A stretch of 58,297 nt of DNA, filler included, from Sphacelaria rigidula (lineage: Eukaryota), in assembly GCA_964200075.2 (NCBI GenBank). It is 7 parts of 7 records of this genome, joined end to end, with 100 filler letters (N's around TTAATTAATTAA, not from the genome) between each part and the next. Parts side by side here need not be neighbours in the genome. Positions count along the whole stretch, not along the records: positions 16,687 to 24,929 come from CAXNAA020011801.1; positions 25,030 to 33,272 come from CAXNAA020011802.1; positions 33,373 to 41,615 come from CAXNAA020011803.1; 4 more parts are not named here. The stretch is one strand, 5' to 3'. The notes below the pieces were generated by a model. That model was not told where the DNA came from. It made no database searches and worked only from the letters and a program-made list of their open reading frames with translations. Both the position numbers and the translations under genes were made by a program. Below are positions 22,675 through 35,010 of this stretch, one piece after another. The stretch's first letter is position 1. The number at the start of each line of letters is the position of its first letter.

Positions 22675-24725
22675 GTTGATATTACTTGATTCGAGTCTGA
22701 ACACCGACATTCGGATCCAAAGGGGTTTTGGCGAGATTGAGAATCTATTAGAGCGTTGCTTCAGAGTGAGTTTTCTCATTCGCTCTGACTTGATCAATTT
22801 TTTATTCTTGCGTGTGCGATTTTTTGCCTGCAAGACTGTCTTGTGCTTACAGCTACACATCGATATCCTCCCCAGTATTGTAGTATCAGAGGCTTCAGCG
22901 GCAAGCTACTACAGAAAGCGTAAAAGGCGTCGCATGAGGCCTGGAGGGACGTCTCCGGAGTGAAATTGTTTCAGGTATTGATCTACCAATTCTGGAATTC
23001 TGGAGTAGTTTCAGAGTTCTGCTGATGGACGAGCCCCATGCAATAAAAATACACCCCGGAGAACATCGGATTCATCCCACCGCTAAGAGCTGTCAAAAAG
23101 CTGTCCGCCATGGGTAGGGTGTCGCCGAACTGGGCCAGACATACACCTCGTACGAGTAGTACAGTAAATTTACCTCTTTTATTTCACACCCTGGATAATA
23201 GACGACAATAAAAAAGAGTGTAATGCGTAAAGCTACACGGAAAGACGCGTCTAAGAAGACCGTGTCAAGCACCTTACGAGTACCAACGGCAGGACGTTCC
23301 TCGACTGCTCCGAGTCAAGGCCATCATGACACGAAGCCAGAACACGATGTGCAAGCCAGTTGTTACTGCTGTTGTTGGGCAGACATCAGTTGATGCGGTG
23401 TGTCAGTGTCTACACGAGGCGGTATATCGCTTACGTTGGTCGTCTTCAAAGTGAGCAGGCATCCGGAGCACGTTGCACTCTACCGCGCAGGCACCACACC
23501 AAGGTGAAGAAATGGGATAAATTACAGTTTCATAACTTGGTCCCTCAGTACAGCGGGGGGAAACTGCTCAACCCACGGTGCGCGTGCTGTCTTCACTACC
23601 AACACATCTACCGTTGTTGACGTATGAAGTCTCGCCGGTTAACTCCGTACGATCAATTATCCTGCTACAGAAGCAGTAGTACGTGAAGAACAAGTGGACA
23701 CACAAATCAAGTTTTGTGTTGGGACCGGGGTTGGTCACACAAGCAAAACCAGGTGGTCAATATGAGCCCGTGTGGACAGAGCATGCGTTTTCGTCACTCT
23801 GCTTCCCTTGTACCCCTCAAAGTGCAAGCGTGATTCAAACTGGAGCTGCGATGTACAAAGGCGGTTTATTGACGCATGAGGGGCCAAGCCAACTCAGTCA
23901 CGCACGCGTACACCCCCTCGACAACGGAGAAAAGTTCACACTGAACCACGTGGCATGCTGATAACAAACAATGCTAAACCAACGAGTACACACTTACAGT
24001 CCCACAAACTGTATACACCGACACCAATCGCACAAGAGGGCAGCACACACGCATGCATACCGCACCGTACAGAGAGTCCCACAGATGGCTTTGCAGTACC
24101 TGAGTGGCCAAGTCACACAGTGCGCCGCATGTTTCCCAAGCTGCGTAACACCCCTCTGGCCTCCCAAGACAACAGCAGAAGCAGGCGGCGTGAAGGCATA
24201 TGTGGAGACAATCGAAAAGAGAGCACACAGGAGCAGCGGTAGAGCCATCTCCCCGGTACCTTGCTATACCGACAGTACCATACGCAGTACAACAACACCG
24301 ATGTACAAAAGTCGTAGCCGAGTGTGCTTGGCTGGTGTCACGTTTTTTACCACCCCCCAAATCTAAACTACACAGGTGTGCTTCCATGGGTAGGAATACA
24401 GATTCTAATGATATCTTGTGGGGTTATGAAATGGACCAGCTACCACTGTACTACCGTCGTACTTTTGCTTGTAGCGACGCTTGAAAATTTCTTCTTCGTG
24501 CAACACTTAGCTCATCCCCTCTTCCCCTGTTTAGACGCGGCGAAACAGGAAGGGGATGATAAAAAAGATATATAAACTGGCGAAGAGGGCGCTCGTTATT
24601 TCCAGTTTAGTCGGGTTGTGCCGTTACCGGCTGTAATTTATACCAATTATAGAGTCGTGCTCGTTTAACGAAGATGCTCCGGCCGTTACTCGCGTTTGCT
24701 TTGTCTTTTTCGTTCTTTACACTTT

Positions 24726-24929
24726 GAGGCCGGCTCAGTTGGTAACCTCGGGACCTTCTGACAGTTGGGTCGTAGGTTCAATTCTCGGAGCGATCTGGGA
24801 TTGTTTCTCACACCATGTCCAACAACAGTGGAGTGCGACCATGTCGTGGGTACACAAAATTCGACTTAACGGTCGACGAGGGAAAGGGGCTGCTGAACCC
24901 CTCTCGCGATGAAAAAAAAAAGGCAAGCA
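24726..24929 (+). mobile_element. tRNA-derived SINE family 2, 5' part (cut by the contig end)
   Basis: A-box-like GGCTCAGTTGG and B-box-like GGTTCAATTC. The body CGGTCGACGAGGGAAAGGG is shared with 27322 and 33272. Confidence 0.75.
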
Positions 24930-25363
24930 NNNNNNNNNNNNNNNNNNNNNNNNNNNNNNNNNNNNNNNNNNNNTTAATTAATTAANNNNNNNNNNNNNNN
25001 NNNNNNNNNNNNNNNNNNNNNNNNNNNNNCTTATTTGTTGCTTGCCTTAGTCGTTTGACCATTGACCACGCATCCCTTTCGAGACGGAGCACCGACGGGG
25101 AGGGGGTGGGGGGGATGAAGAGGAGCATAATCTGTTACTGCACGTTGATCTGTGCGTAGCAGACGCTCTGCTTGCCATCGTCGCCAATGTAGATTATTTG
25201 CTTGTTTCACGTCATCCGCGAACAAGAACATGCAGCTCCAGCACGCTTGCACAAACAGGCACAAACAACGGATGCATGGCGTACAGCTGCCGGAGTAACG
25301 TTCTCTTTGCCTGTAATGTACGTCCTCTGACCCTCTCTTGGGTTTGAAAACGAAGACTCTCAC

Positions 25364-25708
25364 CGGTTTATTCATGAGTCGCGTCAAGCTTCTAATCCGG
25401 TTCTTCACAGAAGGCGACCCTTTCTTCCCCCCCTTCGGCTGCTGCCCGCGGCCCCCGCCTTGGTCGCCCCCCCCATCCGCACGCCCTCCCCTCCCACCAC
25501 CCCGCCCGGCGGCAAAGCTGCCGCGACCGCCGTATTGGTTGGCAGCATTGGACTCGTCCTCTTGTTGTTGATGGTGCTTGTGGTAACGTTGTCCGTGGTT
25601 AATGCTGGAGCTGTTGCTGTGCTTTTCATTGCTGTTGCGTCCTGCCAACGGAGGGGCTTCGAGGGAGCGGTAGTGATCCGCGCGCCTCGCGCGGTTGGTG
25701 TGCGGCAT
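25364..25708 (-). CDS. EFG1: rRNA-processing protein Efg1, first exon
   Basis: ATG to CCG|GTGAG donor. An RGG-rich leader is followed by SVKNRIRSLTRLM, resembling the Efg1 N-terminal KxxIRxxxRLL motif. Confidence 0.7.
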
Positions 25709-26153
25709 GACTGGCCGCGCTGAATTTCCTGGGATATTGTGGACCGAGGTTTGCTACGTAGGCAACAAACCACCGGCTGCGATCGCTGGTTGCAATTGAG
25801 GCTCGTGTATTATGAAGCTTTCTTTTCGTCAATCTGAACTTGACATGTCAGTCTCACAAGAGGAGTTGAGCGTTGCATTCCGACTGCTGCAAACAGGACA
25901 CAAGAGAGGAGACACCCCCATGAGGGAAATACAAGTTTTTGCTACGCGTTAGCTTTGTCATACTGGAATATCCCACCAGCTTTACCCATCAAGCAGTCAA
26001 GCCGCAGACGTGATCCTCAGCTCACCACCGGAGCAACAGTTGAGCTGTGATTTTCGCTTCAGGATAACGAGGTGGAACCGGCAGTGATAGTGAACGCAAG
26101 ATTTCTGCTTTAGCTACGATAATCTTCAGATTGTGGACGGAGTTCCAGCTGTC

Positions 26154-26365
26154 ATGTCATCAGATCATCATGGTACACAGGATGGTGACGATGATCAAAA
26201 CAAGGGCAGTACCAGCCGCAGCGAAGGAACGGAACCACTTGCGCGACCGCCCTTGCAGGGGAACAACGTCTGCGCTGGACAAGAGGATGGAAATTCGTTC
26301 CTCGACAGATTCGTTGAGTTCGTATCCAAGACGTACAACATAGACAAGGCTGTCAAGCTCCTAGG
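26154..26365 (+). CDS. PEX11: Peroxisomal biogenesis factor PEX11-like, first exon
   Basis: FLDRFVEFVSKTYNIDKAVKLLG resembles the PEX11 N-terminus (FLxxTxGRDKxxRLL), and there is a strong GG|GTGAGT donor. Downstream exons were not identified. Confidence 0.55.
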
Positions 26366-27321
26366 GTGAGTTGGGTTTGGCGGGGTTTAAAAACAAAAGT
26401 CCAGTATGTTTGCTGTTAGAAACGGAGTTGGTACGCATCTGCGAGTTCAAGTTGTCTTGTGTTTTCGAACCCAACCTGGTCGGCCAGCTTTGCAAACAAA
26501 GGACAGACACGTAACAGCGGCTGCAGTAGTATCCTTCCCAGTAATTTTGCAACCTACTGCTGTACCGTACAAGTAAGCTGCCCGATGAGCCGCAGAACGC
26601 GGAATATTTACAAGACACCACAAAATACGAAGTGTTGAAGTGCGACAGTCAATCAATCATGCACTGGTACGACATAGGAGCCGAAATAGATAATGGAGCG
26701 GGGTGACAAATCACATCACTACTGTTCTGTCCGTTCTTGACTGCTCGCTGTTCATTGCACTCGTACAAGAGCAATTTCACTGATGAATTGTCGCTATGTG
26801 CGCTCCACGCGCTTAGCATCGAGCAACCCCCGCCATTCACTCGCATGCAATGCCCCGCGATCTCTGCATCCACCTTACTGACGTCTTTCATGTTTCGGAC
26901 GACAGGCGACGGCATCATGCCAATGCGTCTACGTTGAGTGGCGAGTATATACACCACGACGGTTTACTCGTAGCGGCCACAAATACACCGCCAAAAAAGT
27001 CAAAGAAGGGCTTGCGTCCGAAACCAAATGCCCCGCAATTTCGGTCGAGAGAACGTGTCACATGTCTTTGCGATGGGCATGGAACCTGCTGGTCGGCCAG
27101 GCCTCGTGTGACCGATCAGTACAAAGGGCAGGTTGACCCTCTGTTACCTACCAAGCGAGTAAACCGGGAAATTCGGCACAGCAGGGCAGTCAGTAGGAAC
27201 CCATGCTTAGTATGCGGCGCAACTAAAGAAGGCGTCCTCAAGCCAACCGATTAGTTATAAATTGTTCGCGGCCCATGTTTATGAGCAATGGTGTGAAAAG
27301 GAATCACACATGAATGCTGTT

Positions 27322-27545
27322 GCCCCGGTGGCTCAGTTGCTTCCTTCGTCCCAACTTGTGGCGGCTGGGACGTGGGTTCGAATCTCGGTGCAGTCACACG
27401 ATCTGAGATTTGTTTCTCACATGATGCCCGGCAGTGGAGAGTGACCTGTGTTGTGGGTACACATCGTTCCACTTCACGGTCGACGAGGGAAAGGGGCCGC
27501 TGGATCCTTTTTGCGATAAGAACGAAGGGGAGCGCCACAAAAAAA
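27322..27545 (+). mobile_element. tRNA-derived SINE family 2, 3'-truncated
   Basis: A-box region GCCCCGGTGGCTCAGTTG and B-box GGTTCGAATC. The body is homologous to 24726-24929. Confidence 0.75.
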
Positions 27546-30150
27546 GACAGGCGGGATTCCCTGAAACAGATTATAACTGAAAAAAATCGTACTCTAACCT
27601 TTCCTGCTATGTAACCTCGGCTGATGCACCCACATAACCCGAACGGTGTAGACTGGCGTCCAGAATAAAGGGGATGATGGACTACACAAATAAGACGCAC
27701 GGGCGAATCAAGGCCTGATCAGGTCATGTTTACATTTTGCATGAAAAACGTGAGCAATTCGTCCGGTACGACCTATCACGTACATGGTCCCCCCTTGTCC
27801 AGGCCCCGCCATCCGTGCACCGCGCGCATTGGCACATCTGTCGCCCCCCTGATCCATGCAGTCTAGCCGAGCCTTATGGTAATCGGCACACGAACTCGCT
27901 TGCGAGGTACGGTACATGTTGGGTTGGGTTTCCTCCTTCGGTCAAGGAAGAAAAAATGATGCGTACGGTACAGATCACCCGTATGCGCACGGCATGAGTC
28001 TTGATTGCATTTTCCCAGACTTTTCCCTGTGACTCGACGAAGAAATGGTGATAAAGTGCCTCTTTGACCCTTGCGCAATCCTTTCGCCCTAGTCGAGGGC
28101 TGAACGGAGTCTTTGATTTTTCCACCTCGGGATGACTTGCTCTTCTATCGGAGAGGGCTCCATCTTCCGTTTGCGTTTCTCGTTTTACGTGGTTTTGTAA
28201 CTGGTGTAACATACACTGAGAACTACCAAGCGCCCGGAAACTCACCAATAAAATCAACTTTTTCATTCTGAATATTGCAATGGTATGTGTTGGGTCGGGC
28301 ATCTCCTACTCTCGCTTATTTTGATAAATGGTAAGCATTGAGATTGTACTCGACAATACCCAGATATCGGGTAGAGTAGTGCAATCGTACCTAACTCTTA
28401 TCCAATATTCGGGTAGAGTTTGGCGATCGGACCAGTGTGTTCAAAAATACGAGAAAGAAGAAAAAAAAGCGGTCCGAACATGGTCGATGTGTGATAACAT
28501 CATTACCGAATCTCTGCGCCAATTACGTTTACTGTACGTGTTTTGTGTTCAACCGTAACCCCCAAAAAGAGTTGTCTTTTGACCCTTACGCGATGTTTTT
28601 GGCCCAAAAAAGACGGCTACAGTAGACGCATTCTGACAACTCGGAATGACTTGCTCTACAGTTTGAAAGGGGTTCCGGGGCAACTTCGCGATTCTCCAAT
28701 CGACGCTTTTTTTTTTTTTCCCAAACAAGCAGTTTCTTGTACAGAGCAATGTGCTTCAGGGTGTCTTGGGTAGGGTAAATAAATATCCGGGCATTTACTC
28801 TCCCAAGTGGTGTTGCGATGTTACTACGAGTAGGAAGATCCTGGAATTTAATCGGCAGCCATATCTCCCGCGGTTTTCGAGAGTCGAGAGGCGATTATAT
28901 TTTCACACATGTGTTCCTGAAGGTAAGCCCGAGGTTGCTAATGCTTGTGCCTGTTGAGTTCGCTCGGTTTCGTTGGGCTTTTTTGGAGTCCCCGGCAACT
29001 GGAGCAAACATGAAATTATTCTGATCAGGTGGCCACCCCTGGCACTCGCGGCGTCTCATGACCCCGAAAAATTGGTCAACCTGACCTATGCTCCGTACGA
29101 CCAAACACTGGCGACCTCGACCTTGTCTACAGAAATACGTGTGTGCATTCGAAACATTGACTCCCGACGCTTTGAAACGACACAAGAGTTGGAGCAAAGC
29201 ACACAGTTGTTCTGAGGATATATGTGTGGGGGGGGGGGGGAATGAGTAATAAGGACCCCAGAGAACCGGTTAAACCGAGCGAAACTGAATTACGGCCCCA
29301 CGCACCGGCAAGCTCGATCTTCGTTCAGTAAAGCGAGCGTAAAAATATGTTTTTCCTGATCCTTACGTGAGGCCTGGGGAACAATGCGAGGGGCGAAAAT
29401 GGTTCCGAAAAAATTGCGGGTCAATTGACGAGATTGCGCCGAGACATGGCATTCCCCCCCTAAAGCAATTCTGTATGTGGCACAACTCCTCTTACCCCGT
29501 CTCGGGGTGCTCTTTACTGAACTCTTGTGCGGGCTACGAACCGCGCTCCGCCGTTTCCGCGGCCTTGTGCTGGATGCACACGACCGATGAGGGTACACGG
29601 GTATACACCCAACTGCGCAAAGATGTGGCGTATCCAAGAATTGCGGCGCAATCGGTTTTTCGGAGATTTCGCACCGTGATCGCTCCGCACATGAAAGATA
29701 CCAACACACAATTTAGGGTTTCGGCACAGTAGCTTTCGGGATGACGATGAATCACGGAGTGAGACAGACCTCCCCCCGCTTTTCTCCTTGCCTCGAGACT
29801 CACAACGTCCAGAACACTTGGGGAAAATATGGAGAAGAAAAAAATACGAACATTTATTTCATTATGGAATTTGCAGAAGACGGGAACCCAAACATCCGAT
29901 ACACGAAAGTACAAATTCGGAGACACTAGTTTCACGCAGTAGAGTTCATCGCTTGGTCATTACTTGATTTAAGTGTGGAAGGAGAAAAAAATCCGGATCT
30001 TTAATGGGGATGCTGTGCTCCTAGCGTGCACAGAACGCATTTTGGTCTGAATCGGCGCCTGGGGCGCCGATTAGAGGTCGCGCAACGCACGCATTTCCTA
30101 GAAAATACGTTGCACCCCCCTTGCCCGAGGGTTCTCGGTATGCCTTCGCT

Positions 30151-30209
30151 GGGGTTAGGGTTAAGGTTAAGGTTAAGGTTAAGGTTAAGGTTGGTGTTGG
30201 TGTTGGTGT
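30151..30209 (+). repeat. Interstitial telomere-like hexamer array GGGTTA/(AGGTTA)n/(GGTGTT)n
   Basis: Directly visible hexamer repeats. Confidence 0.75.
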
Positions 30210-32364
30210 CATTCGAAATCATAAATTTCCGTAAAATTTCCCACCCCTACCAAGTGGTAAACTGACCTCGTTTCACGACACCAGTTTGGCGAGTTTCCGA
30301 GCTGGGTGGCCGGCCGCGCGCGATCACCTTCCGTAGCCGATGAAAACGATATGCTGAATTTGCCCCATCTCAGTGCCGTTGAAAAGACATGACCATCTGA
30401 CACAGTGTGAGATTCTTGGCCAGCCCAGCTTGCAGCTGTCCTTTGGAAAATAACCCCCCCTGCCCCCCGGCCCCCCCAATCCGCGACAAAATGAGCTATT
30501 GATCAAAGAGACGAAAGACGAAGTACTTTTATTTTCTACTTTTCCTTTTATTCTAGCTTAACCCTCAACCCTCAGACCGCGAGGGTAGTCCATGTGGATC
30601 ACTTCATACCTTTTTCTGAAAGTAAAATTGATGCTCATTCAAGAGATGGCCTCCTCTCGCCATCTACAGGTTAATTATCCCTCTGAACGTCCGTCATGTC
30701 GTGTCGAGTCTTTTTTTTTGTCCACGGATAATCCCGCGAGATTTGTGGAGTACGGTCTTTGTAGGCGTGGATAGACACTGAATGGACGTGGGCACTGACT
30801 GGGCAGGATTCACCGTGCAGAAGGAAACGTTTCAGCCCATTGTATGCGTGCGGGTAGTCTCGTTTGCCATCGTTGGGGAAACAGGAAATACACACGTTTT
30901 TATTGCACTTGTCCATCATTTTGCTTGTGTGTTTTGACGCCACATGTACAGCTGGCGTGGTCACCCTTTCTGTTTCGCTGTTTCGAAACGGTAATACTCT
31001 GCGACCCGCGGCTTTTTACGCACGAGTAACTCTGCCGTGCGGTACACACGTGTCAAAGGTTTGTTTCTATGTAGGCGTTTTTCTCTCCACCAGAAAGCAA
31101 CACAAATCCAAGCCTCTCTAGAACGCCCTTACCCTTGACATCCGATCAGGCGTCCGGATATTCAGTGATCACGACGTCTACGTGCGGGTATGGTATTTCG
31201 TCACATTGGCCCCCTTTTGTTCAGATCCGCGGTCGTTGAAAGGTCAAGATCCCGAAAAAGTAAGTCGGCAACATGGAGAAGATATGGTTTTGTATGTTAC
31301 AAAGTTGCCGTGGATGTGTGGGCCGACGCGCCCAATGAGTCATTTTCGCACCATGACCCCACGTTTGTTTGCTTTCGTATTTGTTGTTTTGCACTGTATT
31401 CCCCAACCGGCACTTATTCCGCCGCAGATACTCACTGTCCACGGCCGCTCAAATCATGAGGTATCGGAATGGAGGGGAAGACACGGAACTTTCTGAAGGC
31501 GGGTTTGATTCACTCTGAGGGGGGAAGGGGGGAAGGGCGTACTCATTTGTTGGTTGCCTTAGTCGTTTGGCCATTGATCACGCATCCCTTTCGAGACGTG
31601 GGGGGGAGTTGCATATATACTACAGTACAGAGTAATGTATAAATACTGTAAGTGATTTAAGCTTTCATTTTGTTGGTCTCAGTGCCCTCGTTTTTGTAGC
31701 TCTTGACAGCTATCTGCCGTGTGACTCATATAACATTGATAGAATCCGTCACTCATGCCTGTTTTTCACAAGGGAAACACGGGAAACAGTCGTTCAGTAG
31801 TTCAGAACACGGCTTCTCGATATTCCTCCACGCGTTATTTTCTCGCACGAAGTCATACTCCACCGTGACTTCCACCGATCCCCTCACCCACGAGACTTGT
31901 GATTTCAACCCTAGTTCGTTTCACTAATTTCATTACCCTCATTTCTCTCACTACTATCACTGCTCTCATTGCTATCACTACGATCACTACTTCCACTAAT
32001 CTCGTACTGTACCTATCAATGACCCTTATCCTACGGGGAGGGGGAGGGGGAAGGGCAAGGTATGCGCCGGCTGTACTGTATTGCGTACGACCAATTGGAG
32101 TGAATTCAACATTGGGTAACTATTTTTCTTCTTTCAGCGTTCCGCAGACATCACTCCGAACATGTACGTGTGTCGCTGTAGAATTGGTGGTTGATGGTTG
32201 ACGGCGGAACACCTTGCGGGATCTCGGCGAAATGGATTAGACCAGCTAGGAAGCTTATCCGTGCTGAGTGGGCTAAAGGAACGTGAAGCAAGCACATACC
32301 GTTCTGCATTGTGTTTTTTTTTCTTCTTCCTTGAAGAAAAGAGGAAACCTAACCCAGCACTTAC

Positions 32365-32575
32365 CCCACAAGCGGCTCCGTTTGCCGATTTTCCTCAGAG
32401 GCTCGACTAGACTGCCTCACGGCAGTTATTTCGGCAGTCATGTGAGGTAGGCGCCTCAAGCGTTCGCAAGCTTTGCTCAAGGCAGTGTGGAGGTCCGACC
32501 CACTGAAACTCCCCGTCAACTTGGCGTAGTAGTGCACATGCGCCGCCCAAGTCTGACGAGCTTCGACCGTAGGTT
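32365..32575 (-). CDS. Internal exon of an unidentified gene
   Basis: CTGCAG| acceptor and GG|GTAAGT donor. Only one frame is open (EPTVEARQTWAAHVHYYAKL...TEPLV). No family recognised. Confidence 0.35.
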
Positions 32576-32654
32576 CTGCAGTATGTAATGTAGCGTGACA
32601 CGTTTTCGACGAAAATAGTGTATTGTGTGTCATGCCCTGTTCCTCTGTTGTATC

Positions 32655-33272
32655 TTTGGTCACCCTCTGTTAACCCTTCCCCTTCCCCCTGAGGAGTCCG
32701 TGGTCTGGTCTCCAGGGCATCAACCCATCTATCTCTCCCGCGGTTCACGCCCTCCACCCTGGTATCGTAGATTGGATCATGACTATCAGCACAGCGTCGA
32801 CCCAAGTCTAACAAACTCAGTGAAACAGACTTGTGGTTTGCTGGCCATGTCCTCACGCGGTCAGCTGTTAACACCCGAAATCAGATAATTGCAAGAAGAA
32901 ACCCAAGCGCGCACACATTGCAGGAAAAGGATCCGTGTTCTTCGCACCCTCAAGGTGTCGGTGGCACCATTGGACCGCCGGGACGCCGTGATATACTAGA
33001 CTTTTGGATTATGGAAAATACGGGGGAACACGGCTATTTTTCATGTTGTCGTTTCTTTGGTCGTTTGTTTTTGTTTATTTTTTAGTTCAGTTTACTGTGT
33101 GTGTTGTCGTCCCCTCTATGCAGTACGCCGGTCTGCACCTGTCGGTGTATGTGGTCGCCTCAGCCGGGTTCACACAGGAGGAAGGTCAACACAGGAGCTT
33201 TTTCCTTCTGTGGTGCTTGCCTTTATTTTTTATCGCGAGAGGGGTTCAGCAGTCCCTTTCCCTCGTCGACCG
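32655..33272 (-). mobile_element. Composite SINE: family-2 body (33272-~32990) directly followed by a diverged family-1 module (~32988-32655)
   Basis: 33215-33272 matches the family-2 copies. 32655-32988 aligns with family 1 (CCCGGCGGTCCAATGG head, GAGGGTGCGAAGAACACGG, GACCACGGACTC..GGGGAAGGGTT). Confidence 0.7.
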
Positions 33273-33372
33273 NNNNNNNNNNNNNNNNNNNNNNNNNNNN
33301 NNNNNNNNNNNNNNNNTTAATTAATTAANNNNNNNNNNNNNNNNNNNNNNNNNNNNNNNNNNNNNNNNNNNN

Positions 33373-35010
33373 CACAGTCATATGACCTCTGACCTCGCAT
33401 CCCTACAAAGCCGGGACGGAGCACGCCGGGTTTCGCCGGACTAGGCTCCCTTTGGGGGGGGGGGTATAGCGCAGTTTCGAGTAGTGCTTCTCCCTCTTAC
33501 GGTGATGCATGGCAGTCGGCTCGGAGGTCCTCTCCCATGATGGAGCTGTTGACAAGCTTGATGGCATCTTGCAGCACTAACAGTGTGATTTTGCCTGCGC
33601 ATATCGGGCGTTCACGTGCCTGTGTGGCGCAACTGTCCATCGTAACTCCACCGCATTTTGTGGAACGAAACGTCTCCAGACATGCTATCACGCAATATGA
33701 GACATACCCGGGACTTAGTGCAGGCCAATAACACCATCGCCAGAACTGCGCCAATCGACCAGCGGTGATGCCATGCGTTGCCAGGTTGGTCTGCAGTCAA
33801 CAGCGATATGCCAAAGTCGGGCTGCCTTGGAAAACTTGAGAAGTTGTGATGCGGGATTTTCTGCTTATCAGGCACATCCTCGAGATGTTCAACGGAGAGT
33901 GAGCATAACAAAGGCACCCCAAAAAAGCACCGTGGGCACACTCTGCGTTGAGCATCCCGAGTATATGCCTGATAGTATACAGCCGCGACTTTTGTGGCGC
34001 GTTTCATGCCTCCTCATACTGCCCCATCCCGGCTTTGTTGGGGCGGACTCCCCCATGAGGTTGGCGTCGGTTGGCCATGACGCTGTTTTGTAAATGTAAA
34101 ACACACCACTCACTGCGTGAGCTGGGCAACCAGGTTACTGATTTTGTGTTCGTGCGCTTGCGTTTTTTTTCGGTAACCATGATTATGGTCGAGCAAAATC
34201 ATTTTGTACGGGGTGGGAGAACCTCAACTCCGCGCGAAGGAGATGATTACTCTACGTGGTGTTCAAATGGTGAGGCACCCATGAGGTGGCGTATAAGCCA
34301 TGGCTGTCTCTGGAAGTGGTGATACCAGGAGAAAGCTAACTCACCGGAGACTGTCATCCAAATGCAAGATAATCAGTACGCTTCGGGTGGAACAAACTTA
34401 TCACGATGCAGCTCACCCTTCATGCGACTCGCCGCGCACCCACGGCGCTTCGCGCTTGGTGATTGATTGCGAGCCTGGTCCGGCGATAACCAGGCGTGCT
34501 CCGTCCCGGCTTTGCAGGGATGCGAGGTCAACGGTTGCATGCCTATGGTATGCAAGATCATGATTACACCCCCCTATCGCCGCCCCCTTACTCTCCTCTC
34601 AGGGGTTGGCAACGTCGCTGCAAAAGATGCCACTGATGGCGTACACGTTTTGATGGCGAGACACTCATGAAGCAGTGTAACCCGTAGCTGTCTTAGGAAG
34701 TGGCGATACCAAGAAAAAAAAAAGAGATTCGACCGTACCATCACGTTGTAAGCTGATGGCCACAAGAACCCATTCGAAGCTGTCATCCATGCGGAAGATA
34801 ATCACGAGTAGCACGCTTCGGGCTGAAACATCTTGGCGGGTTGTAGATCACCCCTCATTCGACTCGCCGAACACATCACAGCGCCTCGCGGTTGCTGATT
34901 GACTGGGAGCGTGGTCGTTCGAAAAATCAGTGTGATCCGTCCCGGCTTTGTAGGGTGCGAGATCAGTGCTGTCATGACTACGGCATGCAAGATTATGAGT
35001 ACACCCCCCG
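33373..35010. repeat. Cluster of a modular dispersed repeat family (several partial copies, bounded by G/C tracts)
   Basis: 34095-34560 and 34650-34990 are tandem homologues, and 33385-33450 is an inverted partial copy. All are homologous to 41010-41535. Confidence 0.75.

Noticed and set aside
22079..22679. Repetitive ORFs and a CRISPR-like periodic pattern
   Set aside because: The units are degenerate along their whole length, with no unique spacers and no cas genes. It is a minisatellite within a TIR element in eukaryotic DNA.
29028..29215. Candidate second PEX11 exon after a TCAG acceptor
   Set aside because: The phase fits, but the peptide shows no PEX11 resemblance.
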